In this document: positions 26,101-40,410 of the stretch, in pieces
Position numbering within the stretch: position 1 is the first letter of the stretch
Layout: each line of letters starts with the position of its first letter
Assembly: GCF_008831285.2 (NCBI RefSeq)
Contig: NC_045138.2
Span: 11,160,001-11,224,000, forward strand
Origin: Nymphaea colorata
Taxonomy: Eukaryota
DNA: 64,000 nt
Reading direction: 5' to 3'
The notes under the pieces: generated by a model
The model's database searches: none
Seen by the model: the letters and a program-made list of their open reading frames with translations, nothing else
What the model was told of the DNA's origin: nothing
Made by a program: the position numbers and the translations under genes

Positions 26101-29100
26101 CCACCCACAAATTCCTGCTGTAACTTGCATGAGCAACTGATACTTTCTGCAGAAGTCGGTGACAGATCCTGGCAGACATAGCAAAATGAGGGTCTTCCTA
26201 GTCATCAATTGTAACTCTTAAAGTTATTCATGAAATATATGCCTTTGCCTTGTGCTCTTATTAATGAGAACTATGCTACTGTTTCACGCAATTTATGGTA
26301 AAACACTTCGCATAAGTTGATTGAGGATCTACTGAAGAACCAAATACATGTACCCATATAAGCGTGAATGATGGCCATTTACATGAAAAACAAACAAAGG
26401 TGGAGAAATAACATAACATCAAGAAGAGAAACCTTGCTTTTCATATAAGAGGAAACAGAAGAAACAGTAATATTAATATACTGAGCTTCAATTTGAGAAC
26501 TTTTTAAAAGAAAAAGCAGAAACAGTTGTTTCCCAACCAGAAAATTACAAGATACATTGGTAAACTTAGTGAACTAAAAAGCAACATACTTGAGCAGAAA
26601 TTAGCTTTCTTGCAGTCAATGAATCTTATGAGTCATGGCAACATAATTCAGATACCCGAGAAGAAGCAAACCTGACGTCTAGCGTTAGGTACTAGTGCCA
26701 ACCCACAGTCAGATAGTTGAGGAAAGAGATCATCATCCAACAGAACATTACTCGCCTTCACATTTCCATGGATAACAGAAGGCAAACATGACACGTGCAA
26801 GTACCTTTGCAATTCAGAGAGAAATTATCAAGTGAAAAACTTATTATCCTACATATGTGAATGTAGTATTTTCTAAAAGAACCAATGGGAATAAGCAAAG
26901 ATGACAAAAAGGTGAGACGAAATGAGGCTCAAGCAGCTAACAGGCCTTTCCAAATGCACCGGATAAGATACCCCAGTAATGATGCTATTTATGTCATTAG
27001 ATGACAGATACCAAAAACACTTCAAGCTACAATCAGAAATAATCCTAATTCAGATGCCAAGATGCAATCAAATTCACCATGCTCTGTGAGCCTCAGCTTC
27101 GACCTTTAATTCTCTGCCATGTATTTCATATTTTTAAGTGCTAGAGCAAGTGATCCTTCACAAGCACGTCATGTATGTCTCATTGATTTATGTTCTACAC
27201 TGAAAAAAAAAAATCTATAGAAGTAGCATTGTTTTGAATATCTTATCATGTGAGCATCAATGTCTGCCGTCATATAGTTCATGCATATATAATAAACAAA
27301 TTACTCCTTTTTGGTATGACCAAGTCGCTCTTCAATCCTTACTTGCTGAAGTCCATAAACTAGGATGTGTATCTTGTACAGAGAGGCTAAAGAGAGTGGT
27401 ACAAAATATAGGTATAATGATGTATGGTTGGCCTGGAACTAATGCAAATATGATAACCAACATCACAGTGCCCAAGTTTGTTCATGCACATTATATGTCT
27501 ATATTGTGTTTTTATTGTGCTCAAATATCCTTGGTCCCCCAAATTAAGCTCATCCAGTCAGCTCCCATGTACCACTGCACCTTCGCAAGGTAAACTTATG
27601 TGAATGTCAGCATTAAAGAATAAGCCAGTTCGAGAGAACTATACAAGGAAAATAGATATGCAGAAGACAGAGATTTTTGCCAGTAAGATAGAAAAAATGT
27701 CAAACTTGTATTTGAACACAAACAAATGGGGAAAAGAAAATGTCAAAAAGGATGGTGTCGGCTATCAATTTATTTTTCATGAAGTGCTCTCAACTGCTGA
27801 GGAAAGGCATGATCCAATGTGCCTCTGACACTAAAACCTATAAAAGCTTGTAGATGTAAGAAATACTTAAACTTTAATCTAAAGAATTTTGTTTGTAAGT
27901 ATACTTACTCCAAAGCCCTCGCAACACCAAGTGCAATATCCAGTCGAGCATCCCATGTCAGAACTTTCTTAGTGTTACCAACACAATGCAATGCATCATG
28001 GAGGGTTGTACTGCTAATGTACTCATAAACAAGAAGGTGTTGGCCATGCTCTGCACAGTAACCTACAAGGTTTACAATGTTTGGGTGCCTTAATTGTGAT
28101 AAGTTGGAAACAATTTCCAAAAATTGCTCTCTCTCTCTAAGGGATGGTAGCAGTTCCAACTTCTTAACCGCCAGAACCTGTGAAGCCAACTACAGTGATC
28201 AGAAAGAATACCCAAGATAATCTTCAAAATAACCAGAAAGAATGAGAACCAGCATAAAGCTACACATGGTTAACCAGGCTTAAAAGACATCTACGACATA
28301 AGGAACATTATAGTTTTATGAAACCATCATTCTTCCCTACTGAAAAGTATATGCTGCGCATAATTGGCAGCCATTTTACTATGTCATTATTAAAGACTGT
28401 TATAGACAAAATCTGGATTAAGCTGCATACCTGATTATTAGGAAACTTTGCCATGTAGACACATCCAGTAGACCCTTCCCCCAAAAGCCTTTTTGCACTG
28501 AAGTTTTCTGTTGCACTTTGAAGGTCGATAAGCGAGTATGATGTTGCATTTGTATCTGCTCCTTTCCACACATTTCTTCTTCCATCTAATCTTAATGTAA
28601 TCGATTTACTATGTAAGGGTGCAACCTTTGAACTGTTAGGAGATAGATGAGCCCTAACATAGTTTGTGCTCAGTTCTGATGCAGAGACAAAAATGGAAAT
28701 TGACCAAGTTAACATAATATAACAGTAGACTAGGAAGAAGCGAAAAACATAGCAAGAGGAAATAAATGTCCTCCGACGATATATAGCCATTACTGTAATA
28801 AATCTTGTATCGAGCTTATAAGATTATTTTCAAAATTTTAGTTATGAGATAATGAACAGAAACAGAAAACCAACAAGTTGGTAAATTGGAAACAACATAA
28901 GGAAAGATTTGGAAGAGTCAGTAATTCTTTCCTGTTTCAGAATCTACAACAGGCCACAAAAGTAAATAATCTTGAAGATGACAATGATGCTTCTCAAACA
29001 AGACAAGGAAAAAGGTAATTTCTCTCCACAATGGTTCCAAACTGGTACATGCATTATAAATCTGATGCTTCACTGTGGATTCATTTTTATTATTGCATGA

Positions 29101-32100
29101 AATAAGTTGCATGCAATTGGCTTAGTAGAGTATCCAATATCATAAAAGACAAATTCATGAGTCCATGATATAAAATGGTTGGTTTCACCGAAATTAGCTA
29201 ACACGTGCAAGATGTTTTCTCCTGCCCCTTCCAAGCTGGTCATTATGATCCGACAGATTCTGCATATGTTCTAATTGGCAATCATGTAGTTTTTCAGACA
29301 AATGAGGTGCATGTTAAGGACAGAACTCGTATCCACAGACTGATCAAGTTTGCTAATAATCATAACATTTGAATTGAGAACCACATTAAGGGAAATTGAA
29401 ATTGGAAAGAATATGCTTCTAATATTTTTACAATTTAGAACCACAAAGCAGAACGTTTTACACCATCTTATTAAAGATCCTCATTAAGTGCTGGAAAAAG
29501 CAGTATTATTGTTACCATCATCTGAGGTAATCGGAAGAGTATCACAGCAGCCATCAATTCTATGCCTTTTCTCATGCTTTGTTTTTACACAACGACGAAC
29601 TCTGAATATGACAACCAACATCAAGCAGGTTGCCACAAATATCGTTGCAGTAACAGCACCAGCCACTTTTCCTGGTATGGCCCGCTTGTTATGATATTTG
29701 CTACCTCCATAGGGAGGAAAGTTTCTAGAGGCTGTGAGCTCATTTTGTTGTCTGTAACTGATATTATGTGCTGTAGAAGGAAGCGTATGCCTTGTAATTG
29801 GAACTCTTGTCAAATTCCCTGTTTGACTGTCATCACTGTTCTGGAATTTATTGCCTGCAGTTCTGCGCTCATTGTATTTTCACATTGTAATATCAAAATT
29901 AACAAAGTTAGCTGGCAATGTATAACCAAGAAATTTGCCATTTAAGGGGCTCGTCTTTTGTTCATAACCGCAAAAGTTTGCACCACATTTCTGATTTTCC
30001 TGGGACATGCCTCAATTTTGATAACGACTGTTAAATAAGGGCCTATCTTCTTACATTTGTGACTAATTGGAATATCAACATAACTGAAAAGGATGAAAAT
30101 GCTTTTGAACTTCAAAGGACTGTTGAAATTCATAATTTTCACATTTTTGAATATGACGTTACTTGAATCGAGGCCTTTATCTGGCAGTTTTCAACAAAAC
30201 TAAGGACCATATCAAGAAAATCAGAAACTTCAGCCCCTTTTTTGGGATTACATCTAAAAGGTATATATAGTTATATACACATATATATACCTACATAGAT
30301 ATGTGTGCGTATATATATATATATATATACTCTCACACACACACAGACATATATGTGCATATTGATCACCTGTTTGACAAACATATATGTGAATGCTGTA
30401 CCTATGATCTGGAATTAAGTCAAGCTCCTTTGGAATATAGCCACTGAATTGGTTGTTCTCAATGTTCCTGGCAAGCAGAAAATTTGTCAGTAGAAGTGAA
30501 GAAGCCAATTTTATATAGAAAACATGATTATTAAAGTTTTAACACCTACAGATTTGATAAAGGCAGGCCAACCAAAAAGGTAACAGACCCAGTCAAGTCA
30601 TTGCCTTGCAAATTTCTGCCAGAAATTTGTAAATTAATGTCAGTTATTGTGCATAGAAATTATTTCAAAAAGTTTTTTTACTCACAAAACAGAGAGGCTG
30701 GACATGGAGCTGAACGAAATGGGCAGATCTCCAGCAAGCTTGTTGAAAGAAAGATCTCTGTCATTGTCAAAGAAGAAGAGTGAGCCCTAGACCAATGCAC
30801 AGCTAAGATTTGCATGTGCAGATACCAGCCCACCCCCCCCAAAAAAAAAGGCAATTTTCAGGATATTGGAGAAGGTACTTCTCTGCTTTCCACAAAAATA
30901 CTCAAACATTTCCAAAGAAGTAACTTTCAAAGAAAAGAGTCAAGGTTCAGTAAAATAGATATTTCTTAAGCATGTCTAGAATGACATTGACACCACTATT
31001 TCGAGGTCTACCCTATAAGAAATAAGTTCAATAAGATCTTACAGAACGGAGAGTTTCTTCAAATTAGTGAAGATATTGCCAATTGAGCCAGTAAGCAAAT
31101 TGTGACTAAGATTCCTGCATTCAGAAGCAGAAATAAATATTACAAAATTCACTGCTAAAAAGAAAAAATACCAAAGATTAAACACTTACAAATAATTGAG
31201 TGACATCATGGCAGAAAAAACAAACGGGATATTTCCAGAAAATTTATTTGCTGAAAGGTCTCTGTAGTGCAGTGGAAGATTTATGACGAGTGAAAAAACA
31301 AATAGAGTAAAAGGTTATTTTAACAACAAACTGCAGCAGGAGATCGAAAGCACTTACAGATAAGAAATGCTAGTAGGTAACTCAGATGGTATTGTGTCAC
31401 CAATGCTGTTATTGCTGACATCCCTATATGTGAAAGCTAGAATGAGAATAGTACGACACTTCAACAAAGTATATGAATGTGCCTGCATATTTTGTGCAAC
31501 TGCAACAACTTACAGAGAATTCACGTTACGAAGGCCTGATAGGTGGTGTCCAAGAGTTCCAGAAATCCCAAGTCCACTTAGCCTACTGATAAAGGAAAAC
31601 CATGACACTGCGTTTCATGTCTACGATTCCAAACATTAGAGATAGGCTACAATATGAACTTTAAGTAATAAAACAGAATGATAATCTAGCTAAACGTTAC
31701 ATTGACACAACTGCTGATCCAAAGCAAGAAACTCCTTTCCATGATTCTGCACATGGATCACCGCCAATTGAGTTCCAACCAGTGAGTTGTTTCGGAGAGT
31801 TAAGGGCGCCATAGAGATCCTGAAGTGCCAAGACTACACGCCGTACAAGGATACAGACGAACAAGTTAAAACAAGTTGTGCAACATGATTGCAATTACTG
31901 ACAACAAAAAAAAAAGAATTCCTGATATCCGTTGTGCTTGCTGACTAGATGAATTCATATTGACCGAACAAAATCGAAGTTCCAATGACACGCTTGTCAG
32001 AAAAAACTGGAGATAGAAAACTGGGAAACCCGTGCTCAACAGAACGTCATGCTAAAACAAGGACACGTAAGCTCTTCAGGATAGAGACAGAGCATAGTTT

Positions 32101-32259
32101 AAGCAAAACCTTCAGGATGAAATTCCGGAAATTAAAAAAGAACTACAAGATCGGAAGGAAACTACCATCCAAGTAATCTGTCACTCCCCTGGTTCTTCCG
32201 ACCAATACAGCCAACAAGAAAACGGGGGCCAAGATTAAAGATGGCCTCATCTTGTTCAT
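23124..32259 (-). CDS. STRUBBELIG-receptor family LRR receptor-like kinase (SRF2-like), 16 coding exons, ~715 aa
   Basis: Hand-spliced GT-AG exons: 32166-32259, 31701-31833, 31514-31585, 31358-31423, 31190-31261, 31043-31114, 30686-30757, 30550-30615, 30402-30467, 29516-29862, 28431-28675, 27909-28177, 26672-26804, 25748-25887, 23500-23653, 23124-23270 (2148 nt, in frame). Encodes a signal peptide, the N-terminal domain (VLALQDLY...[19 protein letters not shown]), 66/72-nt LRR exons, a TM segment ([21 protein letters not shown]) and a kinase ([28 protein letters not shown]). Confidence 0.9.
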
Positions 32260-33115
32260 GATCGTAATACACCTTGCGATTCGCCTATCATTGACAAGCA
32301 AAAGAAAAAAGAAATAAGAACGCTTGAATTAGTGAAAAGCAATCCGAAGAGAAAGAAGAATTTAGAGTAGCAGCCACTTTGACAAATATACCAAGGATTC
32401 TCAAGAAAAAGAACATCCAGTGTCTAAGGCACCAAGAAAGTGATCAGAGAAGCCTACTAAATGGAAATCAGAAATCCAAGATTCAACAATATCATAACTC
32501 AGCACCATTTGTGTGTGTGTGAGAGAGAGAGAGAGAGACCACCTCCGAATGCAAGAAAATCTCAGAGTGGGGGGTGAAGGGGGAGAGAGAGAGAGTGTGA
32601 GCTCTGCGTCGTTTGGAGTCGTGCTGTGGCGGTACTGTAATTTGTATGTGCGTTCGGGCGGGCTTGCTGCTTCCCGTCTCCTATGCTCTGGATGATGCCA
32701 CGTCGACACCACCTTCTTTTTTCCATCTGCACTTCTTGGTTCGCCATTCGGGGAATCGGGAGGATTCGATTTCGAACCGCCGCCAACTGAATTGGCAGCT
32801 TTGCCGCGTTCAGGTCAAACTCTGGCGTTCCATCCACCGTTCAACAAACATTCAGACGAGCCCACTGCCGCCCCCGTTTCCAGGTGCAGGCCTGCTCCAT
32901 GCGTTTTGTTCTGCATGCTTATCCATCGATTGGAGAAACGTAGGGACCATGCCTTCATGTGTGCATGGAGTCAATACGACCTTGTTTGCTGCCTTTTCGA
33001 CACCCGTCCTTATAGCCTCCAGGCACCAAACAAACATGACACTTAAACGTCTCTCTCTCTCCCTCTCTCTCTTGTGACCTATGGTGGCACCGAGTCCCCT
33101 GGACCTTGTTTAGGA

Positions 33116-33295
33116 CCTTGTTCAACAATGTTGGAATCAGCCACTGGAATCATTCAGGTCAGCCGTCTCAATTTGCATTAAACTTCATCGTCTTCCATCC
33201 ATCATCACCTTGTTCAAGAACTAGCCACTGGAATCATTCAGGTCAGCCATCTCAGTTTGCATTAAACTTCATCGCCTTTCATCCATCATCACCTC
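33116..33295. repeat. Local tandem duplication, 84-bp period
   Basis: agccactggaatcattcaggtcagcc...ccatcatcacct starts at 33139 and again at 33223, with few substitutions. Confidence 0.9.
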
Positions 33296-33355
33296 CTAGA
33301 TTAGGCAGAGGAAAAGAAAACAAATTTCATGATATAAAGAATTGAGAGGAGGAGC

Positions 33356-33796
33356 AAGGGATGTCAATGTATCTCATGTAGAATGAGTATCTGATCAAGT
33401 CGTTTCAAAAAAGTCGGATATGGAAAAAAAATAATATATAATTAAGAAGTTGGATCAGATTCAAATTTAAGAAACGACATTTGACCAGATTCAAATATAT
33501 AAATATCAGTTCAGATTTGGATTTGGATTCAGGTCGGATTTCATTTTTTAAATAAATCTTATATCCAATGCTTACATATTATGAAAATCAGCCTTCAAAA
33601 CTCAAATTCAGATTCCGATATGAATATAAAAATCAGATTTAGATTGTAAAATTAAATTTTAGATTCAGTTTCGATTTGTAATTTTTTTTTTTGTTCCTAT
33701 CTGAATGTGAATTTGAGTTTGAATATGTGAATATACAGAAAAAGTAATTACGGTTAAGAGTATATTCATTTCAAATCCAATTCATTGACATCCTTA
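33356..33796. mobile_element. hAT-type MITE upstream of the SRF gene
   Basis: TIRs aagggatgtcaatg / cattgacatcctta; internal (tcagatt/ggatt) repeats; partial TSD ggaggagc vs aatggagc. Confidence 0.72.
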
Positions 33797-34339
33797 AATG
33801 GAGCTTTCCAACATCGAACAACTAACCTTGAATGCAGAACTCACTCGTCGTGTGATTCATCAACTTCTTCCTAGAGCTAACGTTCTCATCCAGTAGATTG
33901 AAGAATAGAAGTACAGGGACGAAACCCATCGGAAACAGCAGTCTAAAAGTCACTTAACTTGGCTTAAATATGGTGATTGAAATACTGCTAAAATCATGAC
34001 TTGTCCTCGAGAACCATCGAGTTTCTCGGACTTCCTCCATCACCATCAATGGCCCTAAACTATTAACAACAGTCACCAACTTTGTTCTTTTTTTCACTGT
34101 AGAAGAGGGCATTAGTACATCAAGGGTAAGACTTCCTAAGGTTATAACAAAATCAAACATGCACACTTCAAGTGCATGCCATTCCAAGAATCTGAAATGT
34201 GGTAGGCAATAAAGAAATTCTAGCAAATAAGCTGTCTCGCAGGATGATCTTGCTTCCCAAGCTGGCGTGCTTTATTTTCTCCTTCAATATTGTTAAGCTT
34301 CCTTTCCGGACCCACCTTTTACGGAACGATTTTGATCCT

Positions 34340-34850
34340 CCTAGATATTATTTCCGTTAATACTCCCCCTCAAACCAAGCGGCTTCAGCTGATTGCGTTT
34401 GCCTCGAAGATAGTAGAACCAATTTTTTGAAAGTGGCTTGGTAAAACCATAGTCAAGAAGCAATATGCTCAAACGTGAAAACCAAGCCCCGGATGCATGT
34501 TTAAGGCCATAACGCGAATGCTTCAATTTACAAACATAATTTTGAGTAGACGAGTGTTGATATCATGGGGACTGTCTCATGCTAAGATTCCCATTCAAAA
34601 AAATATCTTTATGTCAAGCACAAACAATAGCAATGGAAAGAATAGCCTCGATGCTAGCAAGCCGAATGACTGACGAGAAAGTTGCGTTAAAATCAACCCT
34701 CTTTTTTTACTAAATTCTCCACTGACAAGATGCACTTTAGGTTTGTATAAGGTTTCATGTGCTTTTAACTTAGTAAGACCCATTTAGACCCTACTATATT
34801 CATGTAAGATTCGTATGGGATGAGCTCCCAAGTTTGATTCCCGTCAAGGG
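34340..34850 (-). mobile_element. Degenerate copia RT remnant with PPT
   Basis: KLKHSRYGLKHASGAWFSRL resembles the copia RT motif KLKKSLYGLKQAPRAW; PPT-like ctccccctcaa at ~34362. Confidence 0.65.
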
Positions 34851-34869
34851 CTGGCCCGATGCCAGGCCT

Positions 34870-37800
34870 ATACACACGGGTAGTGTATATGAAAGTCTAT
34901 AAAAGAAGATGTTAACTCAAAGAGAGAAAGATAAAAAGAGATATTTTTATGTCTACATATATATATATATATGTGTGTATATATCCAAATGCATATATGA
35001 AAATTAAAATCAATAGAAGACTTGAAGCATTTCTGATTTTGATTATTTTTTTTGTAAGTCGAAGAGGAACTTAGACTCATGTAAGTGCTTATGCTAAGTC
35101 CTGAATGCCTCATTGAAGAGGATTCTTATTTTTGAAATTCTTTTGAAAGCAAGATCCAAAATATTTCCATATGAAACTTGTAAAACAATAATTATTTCAT
35201 CTTTTACAAAGAAATTTATTCCCCCACCATTGAGTATAGGAGAAAATCAAGCATACATGAAATGAAAAGTTAATATAATAAGAAAACTTTAATTGAGATC
35301 CCTAATTAGGTGATTAAAAGAAATGTTAAACATAAGAATGTCATAAAGATACATTTTATCATGTCATCATTGGTAAGGGTTTTCTCAAGTTGGACAAATG
35401 CAACCTCAAAAATCAACATGATAATAAAGAAATTCTAACCCAAGCCCTTGTTATTACCGTTCATTTGCATATTAGTAGGAAAATCAATCAATTATGCATA
35501 AACATCATTTCAAGCATAAACAATGCACACATTCAATGAGCAAGAAAAAAACTTATTTCAATCTTACAAAGAAAAATGAAATTTTATTTTACTTTGCTCA
35601 TGCTCTAGATGTACTCAAGAGCAGTTATTGACTCTGTAGAGGAAATTTTAGAGCGACGTTGTATGGCTTTGAGAAAATGAAGACGGGAACAACGAGTGTG
35701 ATATTGACTACGTAAATCTAATGAGAATGTTTGAGAAGATGAGTCTTCTTCCCGTATAGTCCCAAAGCCTTCCAAATGAACCTCCAAGGTCTTGAGGTTG
35801 AGGAAGAAGCTTGCACCTAAGGTTAGAAAAGAAGAAGACATGAAAAGAATAAGAAAATGAGAAAAATAGAGAGGGAGCTAGAAAAAAAAAAAACTCTAAA
35901 TCTTCAAATAATAAAGCTCTATAGGTTTTCCAAAGGTTAGCTTATATCCAAGAGAGAAGATTTGAAGAGTATTTGTAAAGGGTTTTGGAGCCAAAACTCA
36001 AAATTTATTTATTTTTTTAATTTAACAACTCCTTCATACGAATTTCAAGTATTTTTGAATTATTTAATTTTTTTAAAATAGACATTGACTAAAAAGGATT
36101 AGCCCTTAGCCATGCAAACACCCTTTTTTGGGGTGTGGACTGGACTAAAGCCCACCTAACTAGGCCAAGGGGTTGCTTTTAGCCCAAAAGAGGGCATGTG
36201 CTGTTCATGCGAGCCCAGGATTGCCCGCGCATGGCCAGGATTGCCTACCTGACAGGATCGTATGTTGTCGCGCCAGCTGCCGCGGAAGTGCAAGATGTGA
36301 TAGAGCCTGGTGCAATAGTGCTAGGATGCTACCATCCCTACACCCTGGCCACAGTGCATGACTATGTCGTGCATTGCACGGACAAGGCACATCTTCCCCC
36401 TTACTAGCTCATTTTTTTGCCAATGAGGGTGTCTCGAGCTTCTTGGCCCCTGATGCAGACCTTCCTACCCATTGGCCGAGAACTGCAGCAAGCGTGGCCA
36501 AGCGAGGCCGGAAGGACCGAGCTCCCTCGGCCAGACTTGCGACTGTCAGGATAGAAGGTGCAGGGAGATCAAGGGAGGCTAGCGACAGTCTTAAAGTTGT
36601 TGCAGCAGGCAGTGTGGGCGGAGTATCAACAGTCGAACAGGATCAGAGGGCTGAGGACTCCAAGGCAGATCAAGACCTAGACCCGGCTGAAACAAGTTCA
36701 AACCTAGAGTCTAGTCCTACAACCGGGTCCAACGTGGTTGTTTAAGGCCTAACTTAGACAAATTATATGGCTAAGCCCTCACGGGTGAGGCTAACTCGAT
36801 ACTTACCGAGTCTGGGCGGCACCCAGATGAGTCGCCTCCTCAGGCTTACAAGGTTCGAGGGGTTCTAGCTCTTTGAGATGTCTCGTCTATGTTCATTTCC
36901 CTTTTATGCATCTGCTTATGTTGAGTCATCTCATTTCAGCAAGTGTCTTGGTTCATATGTTAGAACCGGTTTTATTTTCAGTACTTAAAAGCTTTTGAAA
37001 GTAGAATTTCATTATGCAATCTAAGAATCAAGTTGAAGTTTTCGTGTGAATTGGCTCTTGCCTCTCTCTTCCCTTCATCGGATTACTGCCGGTGACCGGA
37101 ATTCCAAAACTCCAACCCGTGGCTCTGGTTGAAGCAAAACAGGACAGGTTTGAAGACTTTCCTTGAGGCCACCAAAAAACCTCTTAGAGCACCTTCACCC
37201 TAAGCACAAATTCCCCGACCGAATCATTATCTTCTCATAGTGCAACTTCTTCATCCCCGAAAGGAGTTAGAGGGTGGAGAAGAATCACGGGAAGGCTTGG
37301 AGGAGAGCAACTTGTGGCTCTAGTTGCCTAGAGATTGAGGTTGGTACCAAATTCATCTCTCGGTTCCTTCCCTCTCGAGCAGAATTTAGGATAGATTAAG
37401 ATCGGCCCTAGTAAGCATCTTGATCTATGCCAAAACCAGAGAAAGTGACACTGGAAAGGCAGATTGTGGCCTAGTCTTACGGGCTGTTTTCAAGGTGAGA
37501 AACCGAGAGAAATCTTTGGATTCCATTGGTAGAAGGCCAATCAGAATTCAGCGACTTGATCGGCTGATCATCTTGAAATCACGTCCACGGCAGCAATAAT
37601 CCAATCCTAATTCCATCGTGAAGTTGATGTTAAAAGGAGATAGGTTTTCCCCTAGACGAATCCCCAAAACAAGCAAAATAGTGTTCACGGCTTGGCGGAA
37701 ACAATCCAGCACCTAGGCGGAAGTTGCAGGCGAAATCTGTAGCAATCGTGGGTGTGTTTCACTCTCAGGGATATCTCAGTAGCGTCGCCCAAATCTCAGC

Positions 37801-39880
37801 AACCTCCCCACCAAGTTTTAGGCGAATCCAACCAGCCATCTCGGAGAAATCACTCCCAGTCAGAATTCAGCTTGCTATCGCTGGAAAACAGATCGCTGCC
37901 ATTTTTCCGATCAGTTTCCGGTCAAGCCCGATCAATTCCGTTAATTCCTAAATTGCCCATGTTCAGTTTGATTCGTTATTAAAGTTATATTTAATTGGCA
38001 AGGGTAGTCCAGTCAATTGGGCTTTAATTCGAGATAAGGATAGGGCGCGGGGGTTACAATTCCTCAAGGTGTCATCCTTCTCAACCGTTCATCCTCCACG
38101 TGGCATCCATCCAGCACGCCAACGCCACCTCATCTCCAATGCATGAGCGCACCTCCTTCACTTCATTGCGCACACCACTTAACCATCATTGAGAGTTAAG
38201 GAAGTAAGTCCCCCACTCTCGTAGCTAGGAGCCTTTCGCATACCTTTACTCATTCAACTCTCGTAACTGACCCTAGCTCATTAATTCTAGCCTTAACCTC
38301 ACTTACTCCCTCCACCTCGTCATTACCTATTCCCCTCGCCATTAGTGAACCCCTTCATTCGCATGACCCTTAGCTTATCCTATAGCCGTAACTGCTCCTG
38401 ATCATTAGTAAGCCACCTCCCCTCATTAGTTAGCCAACTCCCTCGCACAACCCTTCACCTAGCTCTAAACCATAACCGATCCTCTAGTCATTAATCCTCC
38501 TCCCCCAAATTACCCAACCTAATCCAATACCGTTGTACCTTGATCGAGTCCATCCAAGCTCACAACTCCGACCGAGCTCGCCTAACCCACCTAGTCTATG
38601 TGGGTTCCTCACCAACTGTGAGAGAATCCAAAATAAGAAGGCCATGGAACAGACCCCAACCCTTCCAACTAGACCTAGCTCACTTACCTAACCCGAGCCT
38701 ACCTAAACCTACCTCGAGCTCATCTCCTCATCCCGAGCTCGACCTTGGAGTCTAATTGCTAGGAACTTCTCCAAGGTCTTGTACGTGATCAGTCCATCGT
38801 TTCCCCTTCGGCTTCGACATCATCTTGCGGCCAGTTCTGCCGCCACTCCTGCCTACCGTAGTTGACCAGCAGCAGCAGGCGCCAAGGCGACCTCGGCCAG
38901 GCAGGCCGAGCCCCTGCCAACCACCTGAGCGCCCTTCTCACCGCTGCCCCAGCACCTGGCCAACCGAGGCCAGCCGTTTCCACCTCCTCCTGGGCGACGC
39001 GACCTTCACCTCCAGCGCTGTCGCCCCGTCCTGCCGAGACTTCTACTCGGCCTACCAGCTATCTTCATCGGCGTCCTAGTCCCGCATCGCCGAATCCTCT
39101 TCGGCCAGCACTTACTAGACGACCAAGCATCCTAGGCCAGGCGGGCCTAGCCAGCACTCCTCCTCCTTGCTGTGATATCCGAGAGTCGCTTAGCCACCAG
39201 TATTCTCTTGGATCCTTTTGTTGATTAAGTCGAATTCTCGTCGGCTAGGTAACTTCTCAACATTCTATAGAACGGGGTTACGGGTGTAATTGCTTTCTAA
39301 ACTAGGCTCTAGTCATTTGCTATTGTCGGTAGTCCATTCAAGGCACCTCGCCAAGGACTTGGTTGCGAGTAGCTAGACCATCTAAGGAAAAGGGCATGGT
39401 TTGGCTGTTCTTAGGGACTGTATGAATGGTTTGTGAATGAATGCTGAGTGAGTTGTGAGAGCAAAATTTGTATCGCTCACGTTTGTACAAGTCTTGATCC
39501 CCTCGGTGTTGTAGTAGGAATTAAATGTTGGGTTCGGGGAAAACATTCTTGTATCCTTGTCCTAGGGTAATATTAAGCTGGGGTTGCTGTCCGGCGAAGG
39601 TAAGTTCTGTAAATATAATTTGTTTTTTGTTAGTCTTGGCTCCCACGAGTGATCCTGGCTTCGGGGTCTGTACTCGGGTGCGAATTTGTCAAGCCGGGTC
39701 TAGAGGTTCCCCACCAGCCCCCCTCTTGGGTGGGGTCCACTTAAAAAAACTTAAAACTTATCTTAAAATGTATATTTTGAAGGGCAAAATAATATTTTGT
39801 AAAAAGGGTTTAGTTTTAATTTGGGAGGTTCAGCACGTTTTAGACCTAGATTGAGTTTACTCTCGAAAGCGTTGTGATCA
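34870..39880. mobile_element. Block of old LTR-retrotransposon-like debris (probably gypsy-type)
   Basis: LTR-end-like gggggttaca ending at 38058. ORF 36198-36407 (AQDCPR...AEVQDVIEPGAIVLG...YTL) weakly resembles a gag/protease junction. No genic splice structure seen. Confidence 0.3.
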
Positions 39881-40074
39881 ATGCCCAAGGCTCAGTTCAA
39901 GAGTTAGATGAGTGTGTTGGGCTTAAAGCATTTTTTTTTTTATTTTGAAGCAAGTTTGAGACGAAAAACAAATAGGAGACTTGTGCGTGTGTGTGCGCGT
40001 GCAGCGCTAAATAGGGTTTGAATTTATTATTTTGATCTTTACTTGGGATTTTTGAGTTGAAATTATTGATTTAG

Positions 40075-40410
40075 ATCCAAACTTTGTTTTTAGATTTAAT
40101 TTGGTCCCAAAAATGGTTTTATGGATCCATTTTCTTAATTTGGACTCGATTTCTCCCGGTAGGTTTGATTTTGACCTGTATTTCTGCTCGAGGTATGAAT
40201 TTTGGATCTAGTACTTGGATTTGGATCGAGTAGGTCTGAAGTTGGATTTTGGATTTAGACCATGTATTTGGATTTGGATATGGTTTTCTAGAGGTCCATT
40301 TTGGATCTGTGTCGAGGTTTAAATTTAGATACGGATCTAGAGGGCTATTTTGGATCTAGAGTCGGGATTTGGACTTAGATACAGATCTAAAGGCCTATTT
40401 TGGGGCGAGC
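40075..40410. repeat. Degenerate ttttggatctag/ggatttgga tandem array (~50-bp period at its 3' end)
   Basis: aggtccattttggatct at ~40292, agggctattttggatct at 40341 and aggcctattttggg at 40391. Confidence 0.6.

Noticed and set aside
28918..29112. Extra SRF exon between the TM exon and the first kinase exon
   Set aside because: No convincing GT donor was found, and the flanking exons already join in frame.
32401..33077. Cluster of short ORFs upstream of the SRF gene
   Set aside because: GA/CT-microsatellite-rich 5'-UTR/promoter sequence with no coding signature.
38540..39224. GC-rich Pro/Arg/Ser-rich ORFs as a gene
   Set aside because: Open in several frames because of GC content, with no domain or splice structure; embedded in retroelement-like debris.
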